Of a stretch of DNA of 64,000 nucleotides, positions 28,816-43,293 are shown piece after piece. The position numbers and the translations under genes were made by a program. The notes beneath the pieces were generated by a model that saw nothing but the letters and a program-made list of their open reading frames with translations, had not been told where the DNA came from and made no database searches. Position 1 is the first letter of the stretch. Each line of letters starts with the position of its first letter. Source of the stretch: Octopus vulgaris (lineage: Eukaryota); NCBI GenBank assembly GCA_951406725.2, contig OX597823.1, positions 75,330,001 through 75,394,000 on the forward strand, read 5' to 3'.

Positions 28816-29340
28816 GTGTATATATGTGTGTATGTGTATATATGTGTATATAGGGACTAATGTGCTGCTGTGTGTGGATATATGTGTGTGTATGCGTGTA
28901 TGTTTGTGTATGTGTATATAAATTTTTCTGTGTGTATATGTATACATATATGTGTATGTGTAGATATGTATATGTATGTGTAAGTGTATATATATGTATA
29001 TATATATGTGTGTGTATGTATGTGTGTATGTATATGTATATATGTTTGTATGTGTGTGTATATATGTATACATATGTGCATAGGTATAAGTGAGAATCTC
29101 CTTATTTACCTAAAACTCTATTTCCCCCTTTTTTATATATATATATTTTATTTTTTATTTTTTTATTTTTTTATTTATTTATTTATTTTTTTATTTATTC
29201 TTCTATCTAATTTAACCCTGACTCCTTGACCACTCCCCCAAGTATGATACTTTGCGCTATGCCTACCCCCAAAAAGTCCCCCACCAACACCCCTTTAAAC
29301 CTGCCTAAATGTATAAATGCCAATACAATTCTTGTTAACT

Positions 29341-29391
29341 AGCTTCCTGAAGATTTCTCTTGAATGAAACAGTTCTAGTCCTGTAGAAGCT
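29341..29391 (+). ncRNA. Type I hammerhead ribozyme, intact core
   Basis: AGCTTC-CTGAAGA-t-TTC[tctt]GAA-t-GAAAC-AG[ttctagtc]CT-GTA-GAAGCT: perfect 6-bp stem I, 4-bp stem III, GUA triplet. Confidence 0.85.
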
Positions 29392-29477
29392 CCTTCTATA
29401 TAATAAATTAATTTTACTCTGCTATGTATTGAGTACCTTATTTACTGTGGTTAACCCCGAATCAACCCGGGACCTAC

Positions 29478-29536
<59 letters not shown>

Positions 29537-30089
29537 GAAGAAAAAGCATATTTACTAGTAGGAAGTTTGCTTTTAAACTAAAGTTTTCCTTACTTAGCGT
29601 TTTTACTTCAATATATCGCTCTACGGAAATTCTTTACTCTTTTGTAGCATGAAATATGGGAGATGTTTCACATTTAAAAACTACTGGTTTCAAATTTTTA
29701 GCCACATAATTCAAATTAGAGGCACATAGAAGTATTCACTGACATACGACAGTACATATTATATAAATATAGCTTTAAAATTCTAACACCTTAATTATTG
29801 TTCATTAATGCGTTTGAATATCTAACATGGTTAATCTTATTTATATTTGGCATGATTTATATTAAATGATAAGTGCTATAGAAAGATGTTCAATAAATTA
29901 GATTGTGATGGGTACGACTATTGATAAAACATCTACAATATTAATAGTTACTACTTAAGGCACAAGGTCTAAACTTTGTGGGGAGGGGACTAGTCGATTA
30001 CATAGACTCCAGGATTTAATTTATCGACACCGACATTTTGAAAGTCAAAGCCGATCTGAGAACGTAGAGACGGGTGAATTACCTATTAC

Positions 30090-30505
30090 TTTACTACGCA
30101 CAAGGGGCTAACCACAGAGAGGACAAACGGATTAAGTCACTTATATCGACCCCAGTGCGTAACTGGTTCTTATTTAATCGAGCTCGAAAGAATGAAAGGC
30201 AGAGTCGACCTCGGCGGAATTTAAACTCAGAACGTAGCAACAGACGAAATGCCTACTTCTATTTCTTTACTACCCACAAGGGGTTGAACACAGAGGAGAC
30301 AAACAAGGACAGACAGACATATTAAGTCGATTATATGGAACCAGTGAGTAACTGGTACTTATTTAATCGACCCCGAAAGGATGAAAGGCAAAGTCGACCT
30401 CGGCGGAATTTGAACCAAATACATTGAAAAAACAAGAGTGCTTATAACGGCAGACGAAATACCGCTGAGCATTTCGCCCAGCGCGCTTACGATTCTGCCA
30501 GCACG
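30090..30505 (-). mobile_element. Family A SINE dimer (full copy 30505-30258 plus headless body 30255-30090)
   Basis: Two copies of GAAAG[G/A]ATGAAAGGCA[A/G]AGTCGACCTCGGCGGAATTT and of the tail; head CTGGCAGAATCGTAAGCGCGCTGGGCGAAATGC on the minus strand. Confidence 0.85.
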
Positions 30506-31613
30506 CTGCTTTAACATCTACATTAACATTAAATACATCCTTATTTCATCTTATGGTCACATATTTGCTTATTTATGTTTTATGCTGTTTAAACAGGCTT
30601 CTAAATATGCGTTTAGGGAGAAACCTAAGACATACATAACTTAACCATATACATTTAAATACTCAATTCTATTATCTTTTCCTTTTGACCATATCGTGTA
30701 ATATCGCCGATTTTCTTTTTTCTCTCGTGTGTGTATCGTTATTTATTCTATGTATTTCCCATTTGATATTTCTTTGTTCAATACCACCAAGGACTGCGAT
30801 ACATCAATTTTCTGTTAGAGAACCACTTTTGAAAAGATCTACTTTCTACAACAGTAGAAGCAGTCCAATTAAGATATGAAACCAGTCTGGCTACAAGCGT
30901 ACATTGAAATCCTTTTCATGCATCCGTACCAAATCTTTTCTATTTAATTCATCTCCCTTTGGTCCTTTATTTATGACACTGTTGTACCATAATATCCTTG
31001 ACATTTTTCTTTGTAAGTAAGAACCTCTTTGAATATACGAAACAACAGCAAATCCCCGCTGTCTCTGCTTTATTTTGTATGAATGATAGGAACAAATCCT
31101 ATCTATTATAGTTACCGTTACCTTTAATACAGATCGAATAAATTGCACTGCAGTAATTTTTGCAGTGCTCTGCGGCCGATTTCAAACCTGGTTTACCTAT
31201 ATTTAATTTTCCCTTTCAGGAGGCCGATAGATACGCTGTCAGTTTTAGCGTTGTCTCATCTCTTTGTCGAAATGATTGTTTATTTTTCAGATCTATCAAA
31301 CCTTCTTGAAGGATTCATTTTCTTTCTTAGAGGATTTATTTTGCTCGGGACAACATGATGACATTTATATCACAAAGGCGCCACCGTGATTCCCTCAATC
31401 ATATAATATGAAGAAACTTCGTTGATATTCAAAACAATAATAGGCAACAAATAACATTAAAATCCTAGACAAAAGTAGCCAGAGCAGTTTTTCATATCGC
31501 AAATGGAGTAGATTCGAGGAACTGCTAATAGGGATTTTCATAGTCTGTGTTATTATTTAATATCAGATGATTGTCAACGTACAAACATATGTTCGCATAT
31601 ATTAATATATGCA

Positions 31614-31694
<81 letters not shown>

Positions 31695-31816
31695 GTGTAT
31701 CTGTGTATCTGTCTGTATATCTATGCACACACACATAGATCTTTGTTATCTTTATTATTTGCGATTCTCTGCGTCATATTTCAAACCTAGCTTAGTGATG
31801 TTTCGCATTTTCTTTT

Positions 31817-32872
31817 AGGAGACAGATAGATACACTGTGAGTATCAGCGTTGGCACAATTCTTTGTCGAAGTTATAGCTTTTGTTATCATTATCGTCACA
31901 CTGCCTTACGCGCATACGTGCTCATAGTTGGCACTATTATGGTCTTTCTGGTTTCACAGTAAAAGCATGGCCGCTGCACTAGCGTTGTGCACTAAATAAG
32001 AACAAAGAGCAGGGATCCGGTTTCTCTGGTCGGAAGGTGTGTCAGGTGCTGAAATTGATCCACGATGAGCTAGGCTTCCATGGAATCAGTGCAAGATTGG
32101 TGCAAAGAGAGCTTACTGCAGAGCAGAAGTGCAAACGTCTTAAGGTCTGCCAACTTTTACTCGATTGCTACAATAATTAGTGTGAGGAATATTTTAGCAG
32201 AATAGTCACATGGGATGTAGAATCCAGATGACAAATAGAAAATCCATTAAGATGTAACATCCAGACAACAGATATATAGAGTGGAAAAAACTGGCTCGCG
32301 AGCGACGAAGATATTCAAGATTCAGTCTTCCGCGTGTAAAGTGATGCTAACCCTTTTTGGGACTCAAAAGGTTCTATTCAGGGAGACTGCCTTGAAAATA
32401 AGTGTACGATCAACAGTGTAAGATACAATGCTTTACTGGCCAAAAAACTGAAGCCAGCAATTCGCTCCAAACGTTGAGGTCTGCTGCACGTATGCGCAGA
32501 AGTCGGTGTGGCAATAATGGCATCAAGAGCTATGACTTCGACAAACAATTGTGTCAACGCTAATTCTCACAGCGTATCTATCTGTCTCTACATTGAAGCC
32601 ATTAACCAATTGCGTTTTGAGGTGCTAGAACTCCCTGCCTAGAGCCCACATTTCACCCCTTCCGATTATTATATCATTTGACCACTGGAAGAAGGCTTAC
32701 AAGGTAATCGATTTTCCTACGGACGAAGTGGTGCATAATAATAACCGAATAACCCCCTTCTTGAACCAAATGCATCGAAAAGATAGGAGAATATAAGTCC
32801 TCCTTTATCCCCTGATTTCGTGCAAATACATTGAAAAAACAAGAGTGCTTATAATATTTGACTCTCCTTCGT
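31817..32872 (+). mobile_element. Third mariner element, decayed and internally rearranged
   Basis: MAAALALCTK*EQRAGIRFLWSEGVSGAEI (31967), LGFHGISARLVQRELT, SRIVT, KVMLT, LKPAIRSKR*GLL, PA*SPHFTPSDY; TIR-like end TTATAATATTTGACTCTCCTTCGTA; left terminus not resolved. Confidence 0.82.
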
Positions 32873-32899
32873 ATATATGAAATATGCATAAATATGTTT

Positions 32900-33105
32900 A
32901 TGCGTGTGTGTCTTTGTGCTTGTGTTTGTCCCTTCACCATCGCTTGAAAACCGATGTTTGCGTGTTAAGGTCACCTAAAAGAGACAGGGAGAATAAGTAG
33001 TACGCTTATATAAAGTAAGTTCTGTGGTCAATTTTTTCGACTAAAACCTTTAGAGGCAGTGCTCCAGAATGGCTGCAGTCAAATGACTGAAATATAGAAT
33101 CAAAG
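32900..33105 (+). mobile_element. Family B SINE 3' half
   Basis: CATCGCTTGAAAACCGATG...GGCAGTGCTCCAGAATGGCTGCAGTCAAATGACTGAAA. Confidence 0.75.
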
Positions 33106-35719
33106 AATACACACACACATATTCACACATATATGCATACATACATACATACATACATACATACATACATACATGCATGCATGCATGCATGCATGCATGC
33201 ATGCATGCATGAGTATATAGCGATAAAATATCCAAGGGGTAGGGCACAATCTGCCACATAAAATTTGGGTTGCTGCTATCCGCGTTAAGTAGTAAGTCGC
33301 TCCTAGGATAACTTGGAATCCATCCGATGGGTGAATCACGGGCTTGCTTCACTGGATGTGGCATATCTTCGAGAATGTAAATCCCAAGACAATTACAATG
33401 AATATGGAGATTAGTACATATGCATATTTATAAAATTTAATTTTTTTATTTTACAGATAATTATACAGTACATCTTGTTTTTATATGATCAACAGACGTT
33501 ACTAGAGCATAAAGAATTAGCAATGGTACTTGCATCCTGTTTTTTTCTCGACTATTCACCTCTATTCACGTTTGTCCACATATAAGTTTCGAACCGAACT
33601 GAGTATATCTATGCGTGGCTAACGTATTTTGAAAGGTTACAATGCTTGTAGATAGAACAAAAAGTGATGGCCGAGGTAGATTTAGGAACTTGATATAGCT
33701 ATCAAAATGATAGCGCGGATGGCTTCATCCCGACATTAATTCAAAAATTAGAATCTTAGACCTTTAAGTAGGTCAGAGTGTATTTCTAGTTGGTTTATGA
33801 GTTTGTTATAACTTAATGCTTTCTACAACGGCTAGGTGCTAAATGAGATTAAAGTCTCTAAATTCTCTTCCATTCAGTTATATATATATATGGAATGAGG
33901 AACTTATTTATGAGTGCAATTTGAACGTTCCTCAGAATAATGGAATTTTAGATTATATGAGGACATTATATGCAGATTTAACGTTCTATAGGAGTTGCTA
34001 TGATTTATGAAAAAGATATTTCAATTCAATGAAAATATCTATTGCTACTTGAATATCAAACTGGAAATTACCTTTAAATTTACCCTGTAAATTCAGGCTC
34101 CTCCTAGTTGTGTCGAGATACTAATGTATTCATAGTTTGCATGGATGTAATTAAAGGTATTCCTATATAAGTCTGAACATCTTATGACTTGTTCTTGTCT
34201 ACTGTCATGTGCGTCAATTTAAAACTTTGGGAAAGTGCCCCTATGCACGAAATACCTTTTTCCTCCTCTTAACGAGATTTAGCTATAATAATTTCCCCCC
34301 ATTCTATATTAGATGCATGGCTTGTGTCTTTCAGGAATCATGCAAACTTTGTGCACTTACTCCCTATTCGAACTAAAATGGTTTGCCAGATGTGTCTTGA
34401 ATTTTATTGAGCATGCATTGGTATAGAAGTGCGAGTTCCTTTCTGACATAATCTTCCATCGGTAGACTCCAATTTTACTTCATGCATTGAACAGAGAGAC
34501 ATTTTTTTTTCCGCAACTACAGATGTTTTTCTGGATCAAAACTCGACGCTCTCATTATTTACACATCTATTGAACTACTATTGTCTTAAGTTTACATGTT
34601 ATTATGTCAAACTATTTCTGTACTCGGTCAAGTTTCTGTAGGAATCGTAACAGTTTTCCCCTTACAAAACATATCAACATTTGGGTGTTCATTTTCCAGC
34701 CATTGCATTTATCCGTGGTATTCCGTTTCGTTCAAGGTATCGCTTGTTTCATTCATTCATATTCATTCATTCATATAAAACAGAAAGGTTTTCCTTTTGT
34801 AATTATGACTATAGCATATCTTTACAACATATAATTCAATACATATGAAGATATCCATATTATATTCATACTGAGATGTGCAAATAAAAGTACGATATAA
34901 AATCTAATTTACAATATTGAATAGACGTTTTACCTATACTACTTTACTATAGAAGTATTTGCGTGGATCATTTTTAGCTGTGATACATTTTAGCTACAAT
35001 TCAGCGTACATAGCTGAAAAGAAAATTCTGGTAACTTCGTCAATCGATTACATCAGTGGAGAAATTTTCTAAAACAAATCACAAGTGGATAGCGACAAAA
35101 ATCAAATAGTAAAGAAGAGAAAGAACAGAAAATGTTGCTGATTCTTCTTCTCAAACTCCAGTTCGATTGTCTGCTATACCTCAATACATTTAAGCATATC
35201 TATAATGCTGTTGGAAATATCGTATATAAGAACACATAAAAGGCATTATAGTTTATAATAAAACTAAAAATATAATTTCAGATATGTATGTGAGAAATCG
35301 ATATTTACGAACGAAGATTTAGCATATATAGGACACAGATAGACATAGGGAAGAAACTGATATCGATCATCACTTCCTGAAAGATATCAGCAAAAATATT
35401 TATCAATCGAATAACACCATCATGGATGAATGAACTAAGATTTATACTGAAATTTATTCGTAACGTAACTGGTTTGTTTCATACATCTAGCATAGAAAAA
35501 GCCAAAATATTGCATATCAACATCATATATGATTCCTAATAAATTCAACTCAATGCTACAAAACTGAGACACAGGTTATATACGATCTATTGACAAGAAT
35601 TCCGCGTTAAATATGTTTTATATCCCTGCGGGTATTAAAAGTTGCAAATGCTGTAAGGTGTATATTGCGATATACTTGCGATATACAAATTCATTCGTAG
35701 ACATATGCATATATATATA

Positions 35720-36310
35720 TAACGAAATGTTAGCGATAAGCAGTGTTTAGGCATAGAGCAAAATTTAGGTTAATTAAAATCTGCTTCCGACATATTTGAA
35801 CAGCTAAAAGGCAAATACACTACAGTTATTGTGGAGAAAATTTTTATCATATGGCAAAAAGTGTGAAAACACCCGGTGTATTCAGTGTCACCATCTATCA
35901 GCAATGCCAAACATCGATATTGCGAGTTTATTGACCCTTCTCAATGGGCTGTACCTAAGAGATGTAGCTCTAAACAATACTTATCAAGCAACAACTATGT
36001 ATAATTCAGTTAACGAAGTTGACTGATTTGCGATGGTTTTTCGCCAGAGCGAGGAAAATAACGACATTTTATCGCCGAGCTGTGTTTAGGTATAATAAAA
36101 CTTTATGTTAGTTAAAATACATTTTTGATATGGCCCAATTGTTCAAGATAAATACACTGCAGCTACCGGGAAGAAAATAACTTTCTTATGGCAAAAGGTG
36201 GGAAAACACCCGGTCTGTTCCGTATTGCCACTAATCAGGAATCCCAAACAGAGATATTTCAAGTTTATTGATTTTTGTCAATAGAATGTATCTAAGAGAG
36301 GAAACTCTCA
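35720..36310. repeat. Diverged tandem duplication, ~340-bp period
   Basis: GTGTTTAGG..., AAATACACT.CAG, TATGGCAAAA.GTG.GAAAACACCCGGT, AGTTTATTGA, CTAAGAGA all recur ~340 bp apart. Confidence 0.75.
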
Positions 36311-36916
36311 TATATTTATTGCTCTTTAATGCAGCTGAAATTGAAAGCATGTCTCTCAACTCATGTCTTACGTAAATGCAGTATTTCGTTGAGAAATTGT
36401 GCAGCTTTATTTTGATAAGTTGTTTTGGTAACATCTTACGTATGTTCATTGGTTAGATATATTTATTCATTTATTTTATTTATTTTTTTGTATCTTATAA
36501 ATATTTTCCCTTATATCTACTTCTTGAACCTTTAGGTGGGAACGTGTTGTGTTACTTTCTTCCTCCAAAGTTATGGACTATGAGAAGTTGACATATATTG
36601 GACCACTCGCACATGAACTGATTACTTGAAATCAACGAGTTGAAACGATACCATGACACGAAGAAGGAGAAAATGGCTGTAGTATCCAATTCAAAGAAAA
36701 AGTAGGCGAAATGCTGTCAAATTGTGTTGGCATGAAGTAAGCACAGTAATACAGTGGGGGGGAAAACAGTTTTTTGCAAAAAGCACGATAGAAACAAAAC
36801 CTCTATTATCACAGCCAATCAGAGTAGAATCAGATATATATATGTAGACATGTACCTGTTTGTGTGTATATATGTATATATATATATGTGTGTGTGTGTG
36901 TGTATGTGTGTTTGTA

Positions 36917-36962
<46 letters not shown>

Positions 36963-38477
36963 CCTCTAAATTACTTAGAATAGGTTACTTTTGTAATGTG
37001 CTACAAAATATTACCACAACATAAGGTAGCAAAACATTAGTAAAACACAGCACTTCATATCTATATAAACTTTCTATATAAAATGATAATTTTAAAACAT
37101 AGGGCAAAGTTTAAGAAAATGAATAACTCTGAATTAGCCAGCCACATAAAAAGATATGTCGTATCTGACAATGCATGACATAAACTCTCACACATTCATA
37201 TTTCGGAGGTAGCATTAAAATTTGTTATATTGATATTGCCTGGATTAAAACTTAAGCAATATACGTCAAATCACGTTTATCCAGAAGGCCCCGAATTTAT
37301 AGTAGCTTTTCCTTTCTAGTTATTCAAGAACGTGGACTATGAAAAAGAAAAAAAAATATTTTCAACTGATGAAACAATAACACAGCTGTTTTATCAATAA
37401 AATCTCCTTCAAAAGTAAGTTGTGCCAATTTCGTATAGTTTTAATCCTGCTCTTTAAACACGAAAATATTTAAACTGTAAGAATCCCTTTTGATAAACTG
37501 TTTGAACATGTACTGGACATTATAGCTCTGATTAATAGTTAATGTATGCTGTTCTTATCATGTTAATGAAATATATTCACAGTCATTACGAAATAATTGC
37601 CATGTAAAATGTAATTATAAAATCTCTCGAAAATGCCTTTAAAAACAGGTTATGCATATCATTATATAAATGTGCTTTATATAAATATGCTTGTTCTAAT
37701 TATTCAATAAAGAAATATCTGACCATACAGATATACGGGTTATTTAGATTAAATTTTACGCTCCAAACTCATATTTAGCTGGTGCTTACACGTGAAATAT
37801 AGCCATAAATGGATATAATATCTTTCACTACAGAAACTTAGATATCGAGAAATGCATAAATATGAACCACTAACTTAGAGGAACACTTTCTGGTGAAGGT
37901 ATGCTTCAGAGACATATATTAATAAGCATATATTTCACTTTAAACGTAGAAAATCTGCATGATGTATAAACTATCGGTAACACAAAATACAGAATTGAAA
38001 ACATGCTTGTGTTTAACATTGCATAAGTAAAAAAAAAATTAAAATGGAAGGAAAAATATTTACAAGGTCTCAGAAACTCAGAGCCACCCACGTTAATATA
38101 GAAACTGTCGGTAAAAAAAACAAATATGCGATCACGAATATTTCCCATATTAAGTGTGAATGTACTCTGCTGTAAATATCCATGCAAATTTAAACATACA
38201 CACACGAAGTACACTGCTACCAACTCAGTGTTCTTATATTAAAAACACTGATTTGAAATGCCACCGTAAATTAAACACTAAAAATAACTATAAAGCAGAG
38301 AGATTGACTATATTACTTCTATTACTGATGATGCTGTTGATACTACTGCTAACACTGGTACTGAATTTACTGATGTGAGTACCTGAACTGTATACAATAT
38401 ACATGATCCCATTGGAAAGAATAGCAATGTTGACAGTTCGTGGTTTCAAATTTACAGCTTTCACGAGGAAACTATCG

Positions 38478-38528
<51 letters not shown>

Positions 38529-39154
38529 CAATTATGTACTTATTTTGTTATATTTCCTCTGACGAAAGCAAATTATTTTATTACTAAGCCATTATTTTAT
38601 AACTGAGAACCGTGAATGAAGGATTCACTATTATTTTTTTTTACTAATTTCTGTGTTCATTTCTCATTTCACATGTGCTAAATGAATACATGATGTGGTT
38701 TTAGAATCAGGTTTGACTGTCATATCTACCATGAAAGTACCTTTCCAGTTCCCTTAATTATAATTATATTTATATAATTATATATCTATAGTAATTATCA
38801 CCTACACGAATCTTTCCTTTCTGTCCACTTTATATAATCGTTATTATAATTGATGGTCTTGTACTATTTATATATGATTCTATATATAAAGATATAAAAA
38901 ATTATATATTCTATATAATTATATAAACACATGTATGTTCTATATAATTTTCGTTTATAATATTTATTATGCACTACAGGTAATGCATGCACAGTGATAT
39001 ACTGGCGCCTGCCTGAAGCAAATGTTCAGAAAACAACTCAATTTTAAACGAATACACAAATAAAAGTACCTGTCATAGAACTTCTCTGTCAGATTATGTT
39101 GCAGTGCCTGATTTTCAGTTAATATACTTTAATTATTGAAAGCAAATTATTAAT

Positions 39155-39330
39155 ACGCCGGGCATAAATGCTAAGCGGCATTTCGTCCGTCTTGAGAGTT
39201 TGACTTCAGATTCCGTCAAGGTAGATTTTGCTTTTCATCTTTTGGGAACCGATAAATCAAACGCTAGTTGACCACACGGGTCCATGTAATCGACTTATTC
39301 ACCCCTAAGAATTTCTTAGCCAAAATGTTA
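39155..39330 (+). mobile_element. Diverged family A SINE
   Basis: ACGCCGGGCATAAATGCTAAGCGGCATTTCGTCCGTC...TTTCATCTTTTGGGAACCGATAAA...ATGTAATCGACTT. Confidence 0.7.
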
Positions 39331-40498
39331 AACCAAAATTTGTCGTTTATTTATCAGTGAGTTTTTCCTTGTATTAAATGCCCGTTCTGGTAACTTCTAC
39401 TTTGCAATATTTCATCTTATATCAACATGATATAAATTTTACATTTTCAGATTTTCCTTGTTTCAGCAGAATCTACTGAGTATTAATATATCATTGTCTG
39501 GCATACCTACGTATTTGTGCCCCACAGAAACTCTTTCCCCACAACTTCCAAAGGCAAAATACGTGTTTTTTAATGAAATAGTCTACAAATACGTTTTAGA
39601 TAATGTACATTACGCGTATATTAAAATTTATTGTGGAAACATTATTCCAGTATGTAGGGAGGGGAGTTTCGGAATTTTCATACGTCTCGGATTTTCTGCC
39701 ACATAACTTTCAGAATAAAGTGGATTTTTTTAATGAATGTTTTTACAAATATCTTTCACCATGTATAGAACATGATTATAAAGGTATAAATACAAAAAAT
39801 AAAAATGATGATCTTGCACATAAACATATTGACTTACATCGCATATATCTACCAAATGAATGTAAAACTTCGAAATAGATTGTGATGCATATCATTATGT
39901 ATGCGTGTTCACTAGTTATCTTTTCATATCAATTCGGATATATTCGTAATTTACAGAATATGAAAGGTATTTGTAGTAAATTTCATTAAAAAATTCCTAT
40001 TTTCCGACAGTTATTAGGAAATAAAATCCGTTTCATGTGAATTTTATGTAACTCCCCTCTCCATCCGCTGGAAAAGGTTTTAAAAACAAAATCCTCTTAC
40101 AATTGGAATCTACATCATCTGAAGCAAATTTGTAGAACATCTGATTAAAAATTGTTCATTTTTTTCTGGAAGTTGTGAGGAAGAAACTAAGGTGGGATGC
40201 ATATGTGTAGGTATGACAATTACTATAATACAACTAACATTAAGATTACCATGCTAATATATATCCACGTATCAGCTTGCCTCGCTTTCTTTCCTTTTTG
40301 TCTTGTATGTATAAACATTCGATTATGTACCTGTACGTTATGTATAAAACGTACAGGATTCGTTTGATTTAAATCAAATGGGTGACAATAATGTGAATAT
40401 GATGGGCTCATATAAGATAACGGTTTTCACGATGATGTGTACCATAACGAATACTAACTATATTGAAAATGCATGTTGGTATATATACATTCATACAT

Positions 40499-40555
<57 letters not shown>

Positions 40556-41489
40556 TTGGGGAAGCAGTTCTGTGCTAATTTCTCCTTACTTTATACATGC
40601 AGTGTATATATATATTTGCAACGTTATCGTTGTAATATCGAATTAAATTTTGTATACAACATCATTTCTTATCTTTTTGGCATAGTTGAATAATTATTTA
40701 CTTAATAATATCTATTCATTTTCAATAATAAATTTAGAAATAATAGATTTCAAGTATTATTTTTGTTTATGATGAAAAAAATAGCAAACGTGTGATTATT
40801 TCTGTAGCTTCAAATTATTGAAAACAGTTTATTTTCATACCCTATCACGAAATGTATTCGGTCCATAATTTTAATTATTCAGTTATAGATAATTCAACTT
40901 AAATCTATTCAAGCTATTCGTATCTATCAATAAAACATAAATACTACACAGTTCGCGCTATACAAAGTAAGGTTCCTTTGAAAAAGAATTTGAGACTAAA
41001 GCTAATTTTCAAATTTGCTTTTAACACATCATTGCTTTATCTTTGTGTTCCTTTCAGTTTTTATGGAAATGCTAGATCAGTATATAGAAGTACAATACTG
41101 ACCCAATTCTTCATTTTTCCTGGTATAAGGGATTATTTCTGAAAACAAGGCAACGTTAATTATTAATATATTGTATTTGGAAGAGAGATATGTTTTCGAC
41201 GATTGGAAGGGGATAGTAAAATGTGAGAAAATTATTTTATCATATATCTCTGCGCAGTATTTTTTTTTTCATGCGCGCATAGATACAAGGAAGCACAACC
41301 AATTAGGGATGATTTGAACAACGAAAATGTGAATAGAGATATTGCTAAAATAGGGTTACAATAATCGACAGTAAGCCACCAAAACCTACGTCACTGAAGA
41401 ATTTGGCAAGAAAGACACGTATACAACACTCTCTAAAATACAAACGCAAACACACGCACTTCCAACACAAATTCATAACCGTATATATA

Positions 41490-41745
41490 AACTCTTTTAT
41501 TTTCCAGTCGAATGAATTGATCCTAGTATTTATTTTTTATAGCTTGGTTCTTATTGTATCGGGGACGTAAACACAACAACAGCAATTGTCAAGTAGTGAC
41601 AAATGCTCGCGCGCATGCACGCATACATTTATATACAGATAGACTTATTTCTGCTTCCGTCTAGCAAATCCACCCATAATGCCGCGGAGAGGTACTGAAC
41701 ACGGCGCCATGTGGTAGGGACGCAAACTAATTACCACATAGGCAC
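41490..41745 (-). mobile_element. Diverged, deleted family B SINE
   Basis: GGGGACGTAAACAC...TTGTCAAG...TTCCGTCTAGCAAATCCAC...ACTGAAC..GCCATGTGGT. Confidence 0.6.
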
Positions 41746-42648
41746 ACACGTATGAAAAACAAAACATACTTACATATAATTTCAACTTACGATGAAAGTA
41801 AACAAAGTATGCTTTAGAAGTGTTAACATACACTGAAAGATTCAGAAATAATATATTCTCAAACGCATGATAATGCTAATACGATGGTATGAACAGGATA
41901 AACTATCCATATATGGCAGAAAAATTCGTTACCGGCAAGCCATACACTCATACCAAATGAAAACATATACCCGCCATTTCATGCAGATATGCACCCACCT
42001 CATTTCTGCATACAAATTCAAATATAGAGAAGTTGCTTCTATTGAAGCATATCAAACATACTCATAAACACGCACTTGCAAATACGCTAACATCCACACG
42101 CTCACATTTATGAGGGTACAGGCACACAAACATTTGTTATACTCTCACACCCGCTTGTACTCACGTCCAAGCACACCAGTGCACACACACTAAAGGGCTA
42201 ATACCGTCCACTGTCATGCACACGCATGCAAATACACGCACAGGAAACACACACGCGTAAACACCAGATACGCACACTCACGTACTTATGAAGAAATAAC
42301 TCCAAGCCCACCTACACAAGCAGATACAAATCTATAAAGAATCTCACCCCATTACGTAGACAGCGTGGCGCCAATAATTTGTCCAACCATGAGGTCCGAG
42401 TTATACACATTTCGATTTTTATTTCATGTAGCTCATATTTCATTATCTCAATAATGAAATAGGAACCGAACCGAGTGGACCGCATTGTCCATCACCAGCT
42501 CAATCTCCAGTAGCCATCTTGAACTTGTATCCTCTCTCCATTCGGTCGCCTAAGCTTGGCGAACTGGTTTCTTAGATGAGTCTATGAAACTTTAATTTGC
42601 ATGGAGCTGAATCAAACTGTTGTTAATTAAGTAATAATTAAAACAAAC

Positions 42649-42822
42649 CAAATGTTTCGAGTGTCGCTTTCCTTCGTCCACTCACTCTTACTACTGCTAA
42701 AGACTCTGCTAATTTCCATCTTTAAATGTCTGATAGATTGTTCGTAACGAGGGTCCATTGGCACGCTCTCTGATAGATATCCACATACTACTTCAACTGA
42801 TCCCACAGCACTCGGATAAATC
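42649..42822 (-). CDS. Candidate coding exon of an unidentified host gene
   Basis: TTTCAG|G acceptor, TG|GTTTGT donor, 174 nt (multiple of 3), stop-free: IYPSAVGSVEVVCGYLSESVPMDPRYEQSIRHLKMEISRVFSSSKSEWTKESDTRNI; GC higher than flanks; no homolog recognised. Confidence 0.3.
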
Positions 42823-43293
42823 CTGAAACAGCATCTGATCAAAATTTCTCAAAATTACAAATTAATGTCGGGAAAATGAATAAAATTCAGACTGCAAATT
42901 CTTAATCACCGACGATGATGCCGTCTGATATAAACATCGCCAGATTGCACATATTCTCAACCCCCTTATTTCTCTTAATATTGTATGTATTTGCGTCTTA
43001 TTAGATTTGTATTATTATAGATATATTTATATGTGTTCAGTACATACCTCGACAAAAAAAAACAAACAATCTATTTAGACCCACTGTGCATTGGATGTCT
43101 GTGCTAGTTTATTTAAGATCCTATATTCTCCGTTTGTGTATGCATTTCACAAACTTCAACTTGTAAAAACTGCGAAAAATATATAGAATACTATGCACAA
43201 ATCGGGAACAGGAATGAATTTCAGTCGAGCTAAAGTAATCAACATATTTTGACGTGAATTTTCCTGCATTATATTAATGATATTACAAATGAG

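Noticed and set aside
33890-33945. Minus-strand CTGAGGA next to a short (TA)n
   Set aside because: GAAA missing; better explained as a small TGAGGAAC/GTTCCTCA inverted repeat
41390-41425. CTGAAGA...GAAAG...GTA
   Set aside because: Stem III cannot pair (G opposite G) and there is no stem I
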